DNA of 44,496 nucleotides from Perkinsus olseni (Eukaryota): NCBI GenBank assembly GCA_013115125.1, contig JABANN010000272.1, positions 1 to 44,496 of the forward strand, read 5' to 3'. Shown piece by piece: positions 1 to 13,448 of this stretch (position 1 is its first letter; each line of letters starts with the position of its first letter). The notes under the pieces were generated by a model. It saw only the letters and a program-made list of their open reading frames with translations, ran no database searches and was not told where the DNA came from. The position numbers and the translations under genes were made by a program.

Positions 1-1207
1 ATTGCACGCACAAGGATCAACTCCCGGGCGCACCGCTATTTTACGCTACGCGCAACATGTTGCCCTACACATTGAACCTGGGTCGTTCGAGTTCGAGCCA
101 TGGGCATTCCTTGCTGATCAATTCTCTCACAGACCGATCGTGAAGGCTGAGATCGTTCAGAAGCCTCCACCACCGATCAACATCGAAGAAATTCTACGTG
201 AAACGGCGTCGAATGATTCATCGTCAACTCCTCCCTCCTCCCCGCCGCCTAGCGAGTCAAGTGCCGGGATGCAATCCAGCCCGTATCGTTGGACTTCGGA
301 AGAGAACCAAAGGTGAGTCGTCTTCTTCTCGTCAGTAATTCGTCTTTACGTGTATTTATTCATTAACCTCACAGCGAAAGTAGTAGGCAAGTATGCCTGT
401 ACTATTCTGGACTGGATTGGCCCGTGCTCTCGGGCGCTGTTCGTTTCTCTGTTTGGCTGTTCGAAAATAATAAATGTCTCAGTGAAGACTCGCATAACCT
501 ACCATGCCAGACTTCTATGATTTCGTTACCACTCAAAAAATAGATCCCGGATTTTCGGGATTGATTTTTTGGGGAAAAATTTCCGAATTTTCCCGAGTCG
601 GGATTGAAGCGACGCGTAAAAACGCCTTTGGGAGCGCTCTTGGACTCAGGAGAGGCGCCTTTTGAACGTCCGGCGAATATTATAGCCATTGAGAATACTA
701 ATGACAAACGGAGGTACGGTCTCAATGAGAAATCCAAAAAATTGATTTTACAACCAATCCATGGATCTTGCGCCATTGATACTCATCTCCTCAGGTTCGT
801 CGACGCTGTCAGCCTGTACGGCCGGGACTGGCGAAAAGTCCATGCGCACGTCGGGACGCGGACGCGAGCTCAAATACGGTGAGAATTCTTGAAGGGAGGA
901 GGGGGTGGGTTGGCGATTGTTATTACCCAAACACGACATGAGTGACACTGATAGAAGCCTGATCTTTACAGTAGGAGCAAGTACCATCGCCTTGTTATGC
1001 AGGTCACACGCCCAGAAGTACTTCCAGTCGCTCAACCAACAAATTGCTGCGGTGACGGAGCCTCTCACTGAAACGGAGCCTTCCGAAGATTCAGAACAAC
1101 CCGAAGCTGTTGAGGCCGAAAAGGCAGAGGCCCCCGTAGAGGAGGTGGTCACGGCTACGGTGGTGCCCGAAGAGACGGCTGGTGAGACGACAGATAAGTC
1201 AACGTAA
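1..1207 (+). CDS. SHAQKYF-class Myb-like DNA-binding protein (5'-partial; exons ..312, 795-878, 1003-1207)
   Basis: GT-AG introns 313-794 and 879-1002 join in phase to give RWTSEENQRFVDAVSLYGRDWRKVHAHVGTRTRAQIRSHAQKYF, a canonical single Myb repeat. An acidic tail ends at TAA 1205-1207. Confidence 0.93.
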
Positions 1208-1825
1208 TTTACCGGTATAATTTACGTATAATAAATTGTTCATTACTCGGAGTCTCGATGAGTCCAGTCTGTTGTGTGGTAGTCTGGTGCACGGGATGGT
1301 GGCCTACCCAGTTACGCGTACTCGAAAAGGTGCGAGTGTGGTATCGGTAGGAAACGGTAGGGCGTCTCGCTCTGCCTCAGTGGCCTCATTTTTGCGTGTT
1401 TCATTTTGTCCTCACAGTCTGTGAGCGAGCGAGAGCTTCCCGTCAGAATGTGGAACCGAGAGATTGCTCAACGCATAGCCCCGTTATTCGGGGGAAGAGT
1501 CTTCAGCTCGGGAACAGTGGGTAGCGGCTGGGCAAATATTCGCTCCGACGTTGGGGATCACCCTTCGTGGCGCTTCGTCCTCTGAGATGGTCTGCAGAGC
1601 TCGTTTGCTTGCGTCGCTTCCCACCGTCTAATGCGCGAGATTGCGAGATCGTAGACGGAGCACCAGACGCGTCCATACCAACTCTTTACGAACGGGCAGA
1701 AGTATAACTAGGGAGGGAACATGCTAATCGTAGTGTACCATTGAGTCAGCCCAACCCCCGGAATGCGACAAAGCTGGCAGTTGGACGAAGCCCCGCGGTG
1801 AAGTGTGGATCCTGCGAGGAGGGAA

Positions 1826-4600
1826 TTAGATGCTTCTGTTCCTTTTGACAGCATTCGGGCTAACAGATCTCAGCATAACGGCTTCGTCATTTAACCTTGA
1901 ACTGACACACATGCTGTCTCGTGAACTCTTTCGAAAGGAATTACAACTCATACCGGGTACGCCGACTGCGAAACACAACAGTTTTCCATCAGCTCAACGA
2001 CCGCTGTTAAAACAACAATATAAACATGCTGTCTCAAAGGAGAGGCTCTGACCGTGAAGAGCGTAACATCGCCCGGGCCTGAAAATGCGGATATTCTTAG
2101 CGGAGCGATGCAGGGCACCGCACTCACCCGGAACCTCAAGCCCTCGTCTCGGATTCGAAGTGCTTTGAAGTCAATCCTTGGCTTTCTCGATGGTTTGCCG
2201 AAACTGATCGTCGGAGGATTCCGTCGAGAGGACTCGAAACAGGCTAGTCGGCCCATGTTGATGGCCTGGAGAAAAATGATGATGCTTCGCCGCGTCCCGA
2301 CACACTCTCTCGATAAGATGTAGATAATTTTCTCAGATTATAAAAGTCTTTGCTGTGTTGGCTAGTAGAGGACAGAGAGAATGTGAAGCCTTCTTAAACA
2401 ACGATTATGGCTCGCCGGGTCCCAACACCAGTACCATTCCCTCCCGATTTGTGCGGGAATCGAAATCACGGCAAATTCAAATATTTTTTATTTCTGAAGT
2501 GCTGACCAAAACTACGATTTAGGACAGAGGATCAGCAATTGATGGAACTACGATATCACAAACGACATCTCAGTGCCTTGGCGGCTGTGACAGAGGGGAA
2601 CAGTGACTGATAGTTACAGGTCGCGCTGTCATGAACACCGGTAATTGACAGCAACAAGAATGAGCAAACGAGATTCTTCGTATCGTTCCCTCCCCGATCG
2701 ATAGCAACAACAATCAGACTGCCGAGAGAATGTGAAGCTTACTACCTCTTGCACGCCGTACGTTCCTGGTCCCGGAGCACTAACTCTCGTACCACCTCCA
2801 TGTAACGGTGGCCGCAATGACCGAGCGAAGCTGTGGAGTTCTGACCAAGACAATGCAGCTTCTGACAAGAAGCGGCGATAATCGCGATATGCATTATAAA
2901 GCCGAATAACTTCTTCGCTTCACAATCGCCAGAAAAACAAATCCGCGAAGAACGGTTTCACCGCGTAAAATGACAGGTGTTCGCAAATGTGAATTTCCAA
3001 GCAATAGAGTTTCAAATACGAATATTACGAAATATAAATATTCAAATTACGCCATACAAAGTCGAATCGCTTGCCCACTTCAAAGCCCCGAGAAAAACGC
3101 GGTAAACAGTTTACTTGTCTTTTTTTCATATCGCGGGCGAATTAACTTATTTTATTCATTTTTCTTTCTAATTTATATTAACTCCAATAAATGCCCGCAT
3201 CAATATGAACGAGCTAATGGATCAGTCGATTAATTAATATTTTTCTGACACCTCTAGCTCTCTTACTTGCATCCTTCGCAAAGTCGATGGTCATAAACCC
3301 CGGCCCCGGGCTGGTTCGTCCAATCAGTTCCTTCTCGAAGCCCGGCGAGCAGGTCTTGTCATAGGCTCGGTGACTGACGCCGAAGCTCCGACCGAAACTT
3401 TCGTCAAGCTTGCTACCGGGCGTGAGAATATCGTAACTGAAGACAGAAGTAACTCGGGCAACTCTTGACGTATATTTCGGGCTGGGGTCGAAACCGCATG
3501 CGACGATGCAGTCCGTGGGAATCGAACCTGTGCATCTAGACGATTACAATACGCAGAGAGAGAACGGCGGAATTGCCGAAAAGAATTGGGATAAATGCGG
3601 TAACTAGTTCAGAATAATAAACGGATTCCAAACACATACCAGTGGCGAACCTTACTCTCCCGGTCCGACGTTATTTGCTCTCATCGCCCTTTCCAGCTCA
3701 TCCAGAACGTATCGCTCCGCCCTCCGCAAAGCGCTTCCCGTGTTACACACCTTCGCTGCTATGCATCCCCGAACATCATACGCCGGGCCCGGACTGTCAT
3801 TTGGATACCCCAGCTCGGTTCGACGCCGGGCACCGCCAAATCTCACGGAATTTTTCTTCCCGTTTACACTTTCGCTGGTCGTGGACGGCTCATACGTGCC
3901 AGCACCGGGAGTATCTTTTCCGACAAGCTCTCCTAAGTGATGCTTAGAGATCCACATTTGGCTCCAACTTCTCGTATTTCGACCAAACACTCGCGCGGTC
4001 GGAGGGTTGGCGTGTTGGCTGAGTTGCTGCTGACCAACTCCCGAGCCCGGTAGTGGACCGTACTCTCCGGGACCAGGTTCGTCATCGGGCTGAAACGTTG
4101 AGGAAATGCAAGTCTCTTCAAGATTGCAAGATTTACCTGTTCTGCGTACATGGATGCAAACGAGGGCGTTCCGTAGAGCGACTTGAGCTGTTCTCGATTT
4201 GTCTTCATTGGACGGGGAATTGAAAAGCTTCCCGTCGACGCCGGCGAGGAAATTGAAGCCATCAGTCAATGGTCAGCCTTACTCGAGTGGGCGGATTGAT
4301 CAACACAAATTCCGTATCATTATCAACATGCTGCACAACGGAACTTTCAATGACATGGTGATGATCTAAGCATACTCTGCGTCAAGCACAGAATTCTCTT
4401 TTTTCGTAACCGCGTGTCGTATCTGGGGCAGGCTGGTAGTCGAAAGGTCCCGGGTTCGATCCCACCTCGGCCATTTTAGACGCTTCCTTGAAAACTTCCA
4501 TTCGATACTGGACGGACGACGAGCGCTCCAACCTTCGCTCGATCGATGCATCAGATTCTCCTAAAGATACGCCATTCCATGCTCAACCTGACTTGTGCAA
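1826..4600 (-). CDS. SHIPPO/PGP-repeat (ODF3/STPG-like) flagellar protein, multi-exon
   Basis: Repeated PGPGxY motifs: EPGPGEYG, TPGAGTYE, SPGPAYD, VGPGDYD (across intron 3438-3654), TSPGPGF, APGPGTYG, plus SFG spacers. Phases join where checked. 5' end and some internal exons are uncertain. Confidence 0.82.
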
Positions 4601-5249
4601 GGTCGACCTTCAAGATTTTATACACAAGGAGAACAACAAAAATTAATCATCAAAAAGACGTGCGTGAATGACCATTACGCAGCAGCTAGCTTGTTTTTGA
4701 AGACCACTATTGTGTGAAATTGTGACGTGAAGTGTGAGTACCAGTCATATTCTTAAGTGACGATCTGTGTGAAATTGGCGCGATGGCAGCCGGAAGCGCC
4801 CTTTGTGCTGAGGGATGTACAGCGCTAATACGAAGTATGAGGAAAGCTCCAATCGGTATCAAGGAAATTTTCACTCGGCGAAGCGGAAGGAACGTTATGA
4901 AATTGTTCGAAAGAACTATTTCTTTCACTTTACGTTTCCGTCTTCAGAGGAAAGGGATGTAGTTGAGCAAGTGCATAACTATGAAGCCTTAAGCTAAAGT
5001 CCCTGAACCGATCGACGACCATCATGATTTCAAGATCACCAATTACCAGGTTTCAAGGAACTTTACTACAACCATCAAGCCCTAGGCTAAGGTTCTCAGC
5101 CCGATCGATGACAATTATGATTTCCTATGTCGAAGGATCCCTTGGAAGGAACCTTAGTACTTATCCGTCTTTCCCCAGCCACAGTATAGTCCCGCGGATT
5201 GTGACCCAAATCGATCAACCGTTTCATCTCCTTTTTTACTATATAAGAT

Positions 5250-8200
5250 ACCCATGCATTGTGAACCTCCAATAAAGCCCAACCCGCCGCGAAGAGACCT
5301 GACGAGATGACCAGCTGACGAGCAAAAAACCATTTGGTAGAATTTTTACTGAGATTTACCTCATCATTGGCATCGAAACTGTCGACAACAGTATCATCAA
5401 TATAATGATCTTACCATAGTTAAGTTTAGATGAAAATATAGACAAAGTAAAAATTCGTCTGGCGAATTCATGATCAAAATTAGCATCAAAAAATTATGAA
5501 TCGTCCCAAACTTGGTCGATTCTAACTTACCCAAACTGAGCCATCCCGCCCGCTTGAGGAGATTCCATACAGACCCGTCCAGCCCTCCTTCACTTAAGTC
5601 CTCCGAAATACGGTTGGTGAGCTCGAATGGGTGGAAGCATGACGTAGAGAAGAAGCCCGCCAAAACGCACGACATGAGCAGTGACGAGGCAGCTGAGAAC
5701 ACATGTGATTTGGTGGATGGATGGTATTAATTTACCGAGGAGTAGATTGATTTTGCTGAGGGTCGGCAAGGCAGCCCATTCCGTCAACCTTGAAATCGTC
5801 GCGTTCCGCATCGCTTCCTGTCGAGTCAATTCTGCCACAGCCTCATGTTCTGGCCTGAAATATCTCAAGGTCGACCGTGCAAGATACAAAATAGCTCAAG
5901 TTGGAGCCTCACCGATATGCCGTCAACTCATCATGATGCTTCTGTAATGTATCCTGTAGAATATACGCCGCGAAAACCATCGCAGCCGCCTGGATGAGCC
6001 CAGCCACGGCCAGCACAGTGGACGCCAAGGCTCCCCATACCGCTCCTTCACCAGTTCTATTCAGCAACGCTCCGCTCAAAACACACGGAATGATAAGGAA
6101 TATACAAGGCATCGTCCCCAGCACCATCTGACAGAACCACCGATTTGCACCATCGAAAAAGAACGCCAGAGAAAAATCTTTGCTGTGCGCAGTATCGAAC
6201 AACCACGAATTTTCGCCAGCGACCATGAGCTAGTTTACAAAATTTCAATGATTTTTTATGATGAAAAACAGAAAAAATCTTCGCTGTGCGTAGTATCACC
6301 TGGAAGACGCTCAGCTTCATGATTCCGGTAAGGACGCTGGTCGGCCAGTCCGGTCCGCCACAGAGGATCGCAATCTTTGGCATGGAGTATCCTGGGACTC
6401 TGAGAATCTTCTCGATCGCTCTGATGCCAGCCTGAGTATCAAAGGTCGACCCTCGTCAAAAACACTCGCGCAAGATCCCTTTACAAAAATCATCATAACG
6501 ATCGTGACGATGAGCGGAAAAATACAAAGTTGGAGGGCAAAAACTCTCCCAGTGCTGCCTACTAGAATTCCGACAGTGACAGAAAAACGACGCCGCACAG
6601 CGTGATCAGCGAAAATCAGCGGTGGCTACCTCACTGTTCAGTGAAGTTTTACGCAGTGGTTCGAGAATTGTAAAGCCTGTACCACCAAAATTTTCCAGAG
6701 CGGAAATTTTTCCAATGCGTAAATTTCCCAATGCGGTAATTTTTTATTCGGAAATTTTTTTATGCGGAAATTTACGCATTGGGAAATTTGCGGTAGAACG
6801 TTGCACAAGACGAGTTTGCAATCGAAACTCAGTCTCTCGTAAAAGACACGATATTCCACATCTAATGGTGCCCTCTGACACCGCGACCGCCTCAGCTCAC
6901 CCCTGCCTCAACAGTCCAGAAACCTGTTTTAGAAAACGAAGATATTCGATTGCTCGACGTCCGAGGCGGAAATTTCTGGTCGGACGAACTGTATCATAAC
7001 GCCAGCCCATCAGTACCTTGTCCACCCCAACGAACTTTTGGATTCTGATGCTCTTCCCGAGCTGCTCGCCGATGATTTTCTGCTGCATCACAACTGCATT
7101 CAACTTGAGGATATATCCGATTATCACTGCCAAGACAGTGCCTGACGGAAAAGGATCAATTTAATGGCGCGCGAAGTTTCAAGCGGAGACGATTAAAGAG
7201 TCACCCCTAGCACAGTATGCTCAGCGATGAGAGCAATGAATCGAAGAATTGAAAGTAAAGCCTAATGATGGCCTCGATAATTCTAGCGCTGGTCGACCGA
7301 GTACGATGACGATGGCCATCGCTGAGCCCTGATGGGCCTTGATGAATTTACCCTTGGACGAGTTCGCTCACATACCACAAATCGCCCAACTTCTACAAGA
7401 ATGTGAGACGGCGCCCAAAGCCTACCTTGCCAGAACCCAATACAACTCTCATCACCCTCGTCGTTACAGTAAGACCTAGCCGATATCACAATGCCCGCTG
7501 TGACGTAGACTGGCACCTGAAAGAAGCATCGCGATAGTTTTTTTGTTTCAAGTTCAGATGAATATCCGTCTCGTGGCGGTGCTACTATTGACATAATACA
7601 CAATATCACCGCCAGCCCCTACGAAGGCGTTTTACGTCTAATGTCAAGTAGAAGATACGAAAATCGCGAGTGCCTGCGCTCTCCAAACTCTTCGCTCGCT
7701 GCCACTATTTCGCAGCAACCAGGAAAAACTCTTTCCAAACATTCTCTATGACTATAAGAATTCCGAGTCTGATGAGGTTCGGTCTCCTTGAAGCCTAATA
7801 AAAACTCACCCCGGGAACCGGCGGCAAGAGGAACATGATAATTCCGATGATATAAATAATACCAACCACTGCCGCCAAACTCATCGTCTCCAGCCGCTCG
7901 TTCAGCCATGATAGAAATACATAGGTCACCTTCGCGACGCCAACCCAAAGACAGTAGTAAAGCAAGCACAGGAGGCATATTTTTTTCAATACCGAGCCCC
8001 AGTGCCAACCTCTGATACGCTCTAGGAACGCTCTCATACCGTGCGATACCATTCCCCTTTCTTCCAACGGTCGATTCGTCCACCATAGAGAGCGGACACA
8101 TTGACGCAGAAAATCGAGAAGCACGGCGACGAGCAGGCCGACGTTAACTATGCAGATGAAAAAAGCGCGCGCCCAGTCACTTGATGCCATGTCAAGCAAA

Positions 8201-11200
8201 GATGCGACGAGTGGGGACTTGTGGGCCACTTCAAGAAGACGAGCTTTCCCGAAGGCCATGAACGCCCAGATGAACAAAACCTGAAAAATCAGAAATTTTT
8301 CCCGAAAAGTTTTTCTTTTTTTTCCTCTTACCAGGGACCCTGCTCCTGCGAAGCCCATAACCGCGCCGGACATACTACTGGACGAACCCGCAATCGATGA
8401 TGCAATCCAGAAGCACATCACCAGCAGACTGGTGAAGACTACGAACGTCTTTAGCGAGGCCTCTGTCTCATGCGAGTGGGAAAACGCCTGAAAACGAAGA
8501 GCGACGAGAGAAGTTTCGCCAGGCGCGTCGCATTCTTCTTGTAGTGTCTTTAAGATCCAATTCCGTGATGCCAGGAGACCCAACCATGGCAGACGTATAG
8601 AATTCTTTTCTCACTCAGCTTCTTCTGATCATGGATGCTGTACCCACCGCGTCGATTTTAGTCAATTTGCCGTCAAAAATTCCTATTGCAGAGGGAGAAA
8701 AAATACGATGTGAAAACGTGATCAGCCTCGAAACATCAAATACTTGAGATCGCCCTCTCTGGATCATTTTCCTGACCGGACTGCGCACACGCTTCCCTCT
8801 ACTACCTCTGTCCTCGCGGACGAATCATTAGACGCTCTTAACTTGCAGAAAATGGCCAGGATAATCAACGTGAACGCTACTATCATCGGGGTAACATAAA
8901 CGATATACGCCGTGGTTAGAGTAGTGGAGCAGTCTGAGAGAAAAAGGCCATCATTACCGATATTAAGAACAAGGCAAATTAATAATGATATTATGACAGA
9001 GCGATCCTTTGCCTGCCAGGGCTACGTCCCAATGTATTGGGAAAAACCGTTTCATTATCATATCGTAAAATTTTCCCAGCGGGAATGAATTTCGGAATGA
9101 GCGGCTCCAGTGATTTTCCTTCGTTGAAAATTTCCCCTAGTTCCGACGGGATCTCGGGAACATTAGAGGTGTTCAATAGACCTCTCCTGAGTTTCAGGGG
9201 CGCTCCTAGGATTGTTTAACGTGTGAAAGACGATCCTACGAGCGCTCCAGGAATTCAGGGGAGGTTTATTGAACACCCGGATTATTTCTGAGAGCTGGAC
9301 GACTCCCTGTTTCGATAATCGCAACTCAAAGGTCGCGCTCGCCCGTAACAGCATTAACCTTCTTCGCGCTTACCGTCATATAACCTTTCATTCTCCTTAG
9401 GATCGTCCGAAAGGGTGCCCTCGCCTGCCGCGGCCCTCACGCAGTGCAAGTTGTAGTCAACCCGCAGCTCCTTGTGAAGATCATCTAGCTCGAGACTGAT
9501 TCTCTCTCGCTCTTCCTCGTCCCAGAAATGCTGCCCGTCCCAAGCTTCAATGGCTATCCAGCCGACCCAAGCCGCGAGTATGAGGAAGCCCAGGATCAGA
9601 GAAAGGTAATACATGGTACGATAGAAGACCCCAGAATAAACCCGGATGCAAAGCAGATATCTGAGAAATTTGGTATAGGAAAAGAGGGAAAGATGTTGTA
9701 CCTTATGAGAGCCAGGAGGATGGGGATGTGCAGAAGTCCGACGATGAGCGGGCCTTGAGGATATGCAGTCCCGCGGAGGAGCCCAGAGGCAACGAATAAC
9801 GCCCAACCTGCACGGGAAGATTGGGGCAACAGCTGCTGTCGTGGTAGAAATGGTTATAGTAGACTACCACACCTTCCCCTACTCAGAGAGTCAGTAAGCG
9901 CTAATATCTTGCACGACAAGATCCGGACAACAGCTGCTGCTGCTGGTCAAGGGTGTTCGATAACTTCGTGAGCATTTCAGCGCACACACTGGTTATAATG
10001 GTGATAGTAGACTACCACTCCTCCACCAATTCAGAGAGTCAATAAGCGCTTATCATCTAGAGGACGTGTCCACCTCGATATGCCATTGCGCTCCATGCAT
10101 AGCATTCTTTCAAGCGCGATCCATATACCACTCCAATCACTACTCCTATTAGTAGTATACCCCTCCACCCCTTAGACTCCCTACCTGCCGTGCCAGCGAC
10201 CAGCTTGGGCCAGACGTGCCAGCGTTGCACATCACATAAGAAGAGCAGCACGCAAAGGCCAGCTAGACCGGAGACGCTGAGGTTGGATAAGTCCTCAAAC
10301 TCGTGGAGGCTGTTGTAGATATCCACGCCGAAACCTGACAGAGATGTCGTGACAAGGAATCGAACCTGGGTCCTTCCACTTACCGATGTCCGACAATAAG
10401 AGGCAAACGATCGCACTAGGCAGCACCAAGGCCATGAGTATCGCCCATAGCGCACTAGGGTCAACCTCGGATACCAGATCGATTTCATCGGGCAGCGTTG
10501 AGCAGGACTTCTGAGGCGACGGGGGAGCCTGAGCGGACGCGATCACAGGCAGGAAAGGAGAAAAAAACCAAAAATCAGTAAAATTCAATTGGGTATTTCT
10601 TGGGTGGGATAGAGGAGAATCTCATTTGTTTGCCTAGTGCCAGGGCAATGATGATCTTGAAGTTGTTAGGATCTCTTCCTAAGGACTTTCATACCGTCCG
10701 TCCGACACTATAATAGCAATACTGTACTAATGCATGATGAATAATACTTAATATAAGTAAAAAATAATTTCTTATGAGTTCCCTACTCTGTCTGGCATCT
10801 CAATCATCGTGATCTGACCGGTAGAGTTGATAACGGCAGGGACCTCAGGCAGATCGTCCAAGCCTCCCTCGTACAACCTCTGAATGCACACAGCAGCCTC
10901 TAGAAGATATACAGGAGGTACACTTACATCGCTGTAGACCTCTGCCCTCGCCTCCTCCATGCTCTTTCGCGACTCGATCCCCTCACGAGGTTCCTCTGTC
11001 CTCCCTCGGGGCTCCTCCATGCTCTTTCTTGTCGCCTCTGTGCTTCTGCGAGGCCCCTCACTTTCGCCTCGACGTTCCTCTATACTCCTCCGAGTCTCTC
11101 TCGAGCCTTCTCGACGCTCCTCTATGCTTCTTCGGGGCCCTTCTTTACTCGCTCTAGTCTCCTCAACGCTCCATCTGGGCTCTCCTATGCTCCTTCGAGA

Positions 11201-11434
11201 GCCCTCACTTTCTCCTCGAGGCTCCTTCACACTCTCACGGGGCCCCTCTATGCTCCTGCGAGGCCCCTCACTTTCCTCAGATGGCTCCCTTATGCTCCCT
11301 CGATGCTCCTCTATACTCCTTCGGGACGCCTCCGTCCCTCCTGAGGCCTCCTCGAGGCTGCCAAGCCCCTCCGCCATGACCCTCTCTATGTGATCATCCA
11401 AGTCGTCGTAGGCGCTGCTGTCTATCGGATGCAC
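5250..11434 (-). CDS. Multipass membrane protein with SNARE-associated Golgi/VTT (DedA-like) domain, multi-exon
   Basis: Many hydrophobic exons. Spliced motifs include IMFLLPPVPGVPVYVTAGIVI, LKLNAVVMQQKIIGEQLG and KIAILCGGPDWPTSVLTGIMKLSVFQMVLGT. The upstream low-complexity exon 10788-11434 probably belongs to it (inference). Ends approximate. Confidence 0.75.
10960..11345 (-). repeat. Coding minisatellite, ~42-nt/14-aa imperfect repeat (RRSIEEPRGESEGP-like)
   Basis: Recurrent GAGGCCCCTCACTTTC and CCTCTATGCTCC units; the protein repeat is visible in ORF 10772..11434. Confidence 0.85.
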
Positions 11435-11598
11435 TGCGGCTAGTGGTATCTTTCGCAGCCGAAAGGATGGCGAGGAAACTGAATGATTTGTTACTGCAGT
11501 TGCACGAAGGTATTGGAAATTGACTCAATCTTGAAATCTTGCTATCTTGCAACCTCTTAACGCACTCTAACTGACTAGAAAAAGCGGATGCTTAACTG

Positions 11599-13118
11599 AT
11601 GTCAAGTTTTTCATCAAATTCGCGAAGTCCAACGGTGGAGTGTCGTATATGCTTGCACGAGTATAATCGAAGGGCGCATGTACCTAAAGTAGGTGGTATC
11701 TTAGGTTGAACCATGTAAGATACGATTGAGGTTAGGTGCTCTCAACCTGCGGACATACGTTATGTGTATCGTGTCTGAAGCGAATAACACAGTCTTGGTC
11801 AAAGTGGAGTTTTGAATGTCCGTAAGCACCAGAGCGCATCTCGAGGTCGAGCGTGAAAGATACAGAACTGGTCAACATACAGCCCCAAGTCTTCAGGTTC
11901 TGTCGCAAAGAGTGTACGTTGGATAAAGTAACTACCAACTATGCTCTTGCCGATATCGCAACAGGAGGTAATAACGATCTTAGTAGTCGATCGACCAGCT
12001 CCTGGTCTCCAGATGACTACTGTTGTCCCAACGTAACCATGCCGAAGTACTCTGGTGGCATTGAAGAGGACGAGCAGGCGAGTGCGAGCTGCGTGAAAGG
12101 TGGTAGGGAATCGGGAGGAGGAGGTCCTCGCTGTGGATCATAAAAATTCCGAAATTCGTATCGTGAAAATCAGTATCATCATAGCCTATGGTCATCATAA
12201 TAGGAAATTCAAAACGTCCGTCGCAATTGCATTTTGAATTTCACATAATTGTCCCGGACGTTATTTTTCAACGAAAGAATTTTCATAAAATTTACGAAGA
12301 TTTTTCACAAATTTTTGCAAAATTTCGCATTTATGACATAAATTCTGCCGACAAACTACGTTTCAAGCATATTAGTGTATACGGTTGTCGTAAACGTTTT
12401 TTCAATGAAAACATGCTTTTGCCGACGAATCGCGTCTGAAATCCTAGTGAGCATACAGGTAGGGTATGAGGAACTGACCACTGCGAGATTCGTTGTACCG
12501 GGAAATTCATAGATAGAGGCCCTCGCTATGGCCATATTAAACCCCGTAACATGAATTTCATGAATTTATCTTTCTCAAAATCATGCTTTTGCCGACAGAT
12601 TAGATGTGAAATTATTGTTAAGCACACAAATAAGGTATAAGGATCTGGCCGCACAAAATGGAACTGACGGAGTAGTTTTCAATCAGAGTAATGAGACTGA
12701 TCCGCGCGATGATTTTTCAATTCTTCCACACGTCGAAAAGCCCATGTAACGTCTGTGTCGAAAATTTCTAGCATATGGCTTTCGTATATTACGAATCGTG
12801 ATATGAATTTCAAAACGCCCGTGACGAGTATAGTTGGATATCATATATACTGATCTGCATCTTCGATAATCGTAGCGATGATTATTCAATAATCAAGACT
12901 GGAATGTAATAATAATTATATATCCGAAAATTGAATTGTAGAATCTTTGACGTCACTCGTGGGTATATCATGCAGCATGGCATTCCTCCTCAGATGACGG
13001 TTTCGTCGCTGGCGTGCTGGGATTCGCGGCTGGCGCCTTGCTGGCTGGAGGAGTAGCGGCCATTGCTGCGTCGGCTAGTAGTAAAAATAAGAAGAAACAT
13101 CGTCGTGATGACAATTAA
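11599..13118 (+). CDS. C3HC4 RING-finger protein (probable E3 ligase) with C-terminal membrane anchor; exons 11599-11688, 11736-11821, 11897-~12100, 12994-13118
   Basis: Spliced sequence CRICLHEYNRRAHVPKVLSTCGHTLCVSCLKRI...FECPFCRK...NYAL. The last exon encodes FVAGVLGFAAGALLAGGVAAIAA followed by a basic KNKKKHRR and a stop. The ORF track does not show the RING motif. Confidence 0.88.
12120..12890. repeat. Degenerate, internally duplicated AT-rich repeat in RING gene intron
   Basis: Duplicated blocks: CATGCTTTTGCCGAC...GGTATRAGGA (~12412 and ~12582); GAGG(T/C)CCTCGCT(G/A)TGG (~12121 and ~12517); TTCAAAACG(T/C)CCGT (~12208 and ~12809). Confidence 0.55.
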
Positions 13119-13295
13119 TGTCTATTTTCGGAGTGATTGAGTTCGGATATTTTTATCATCTCGGATGTGTCTTGAGCTGCATAGATCGAAGGGTTGACGC
13201 TGATAGGATAGCGACCGTAGAATCACTAAATGTTTGCTTTTCGTATGAGGCCCTCATGATGAGGGCTCGTATCATCATAATCGCGAGGAATTGAA

Positions 13296-13448
13296 GTACC
13301 AAACCTGACTCTAGTGGATTCTTAGAGGAATCTGATATTGATATTATAGAGCATCGCACTCTACTAGTACAGCTTGTGTCCGGTATAGGAAATATATCAA
13401 GAAACGCGCGTCCGCTTGTGTCCGCGCGCAATTAAGGAAATGAACACA
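13296..13448 (+). repeat. Dispersed ~150 bp repeat, copy 1
   Basis: Closely similar to 33363-33509 (shared core TATTATAGAGCATCGCACTCTACTAG(T/C)ACAGCTTGTGTCCGGTATAGGAAA). Confidence 0.9.

Noticed and set aside
10959-11393. 144-aa + strand ORF
   Set aside because: Antisense shadow of the repeat-rich - strand exon.
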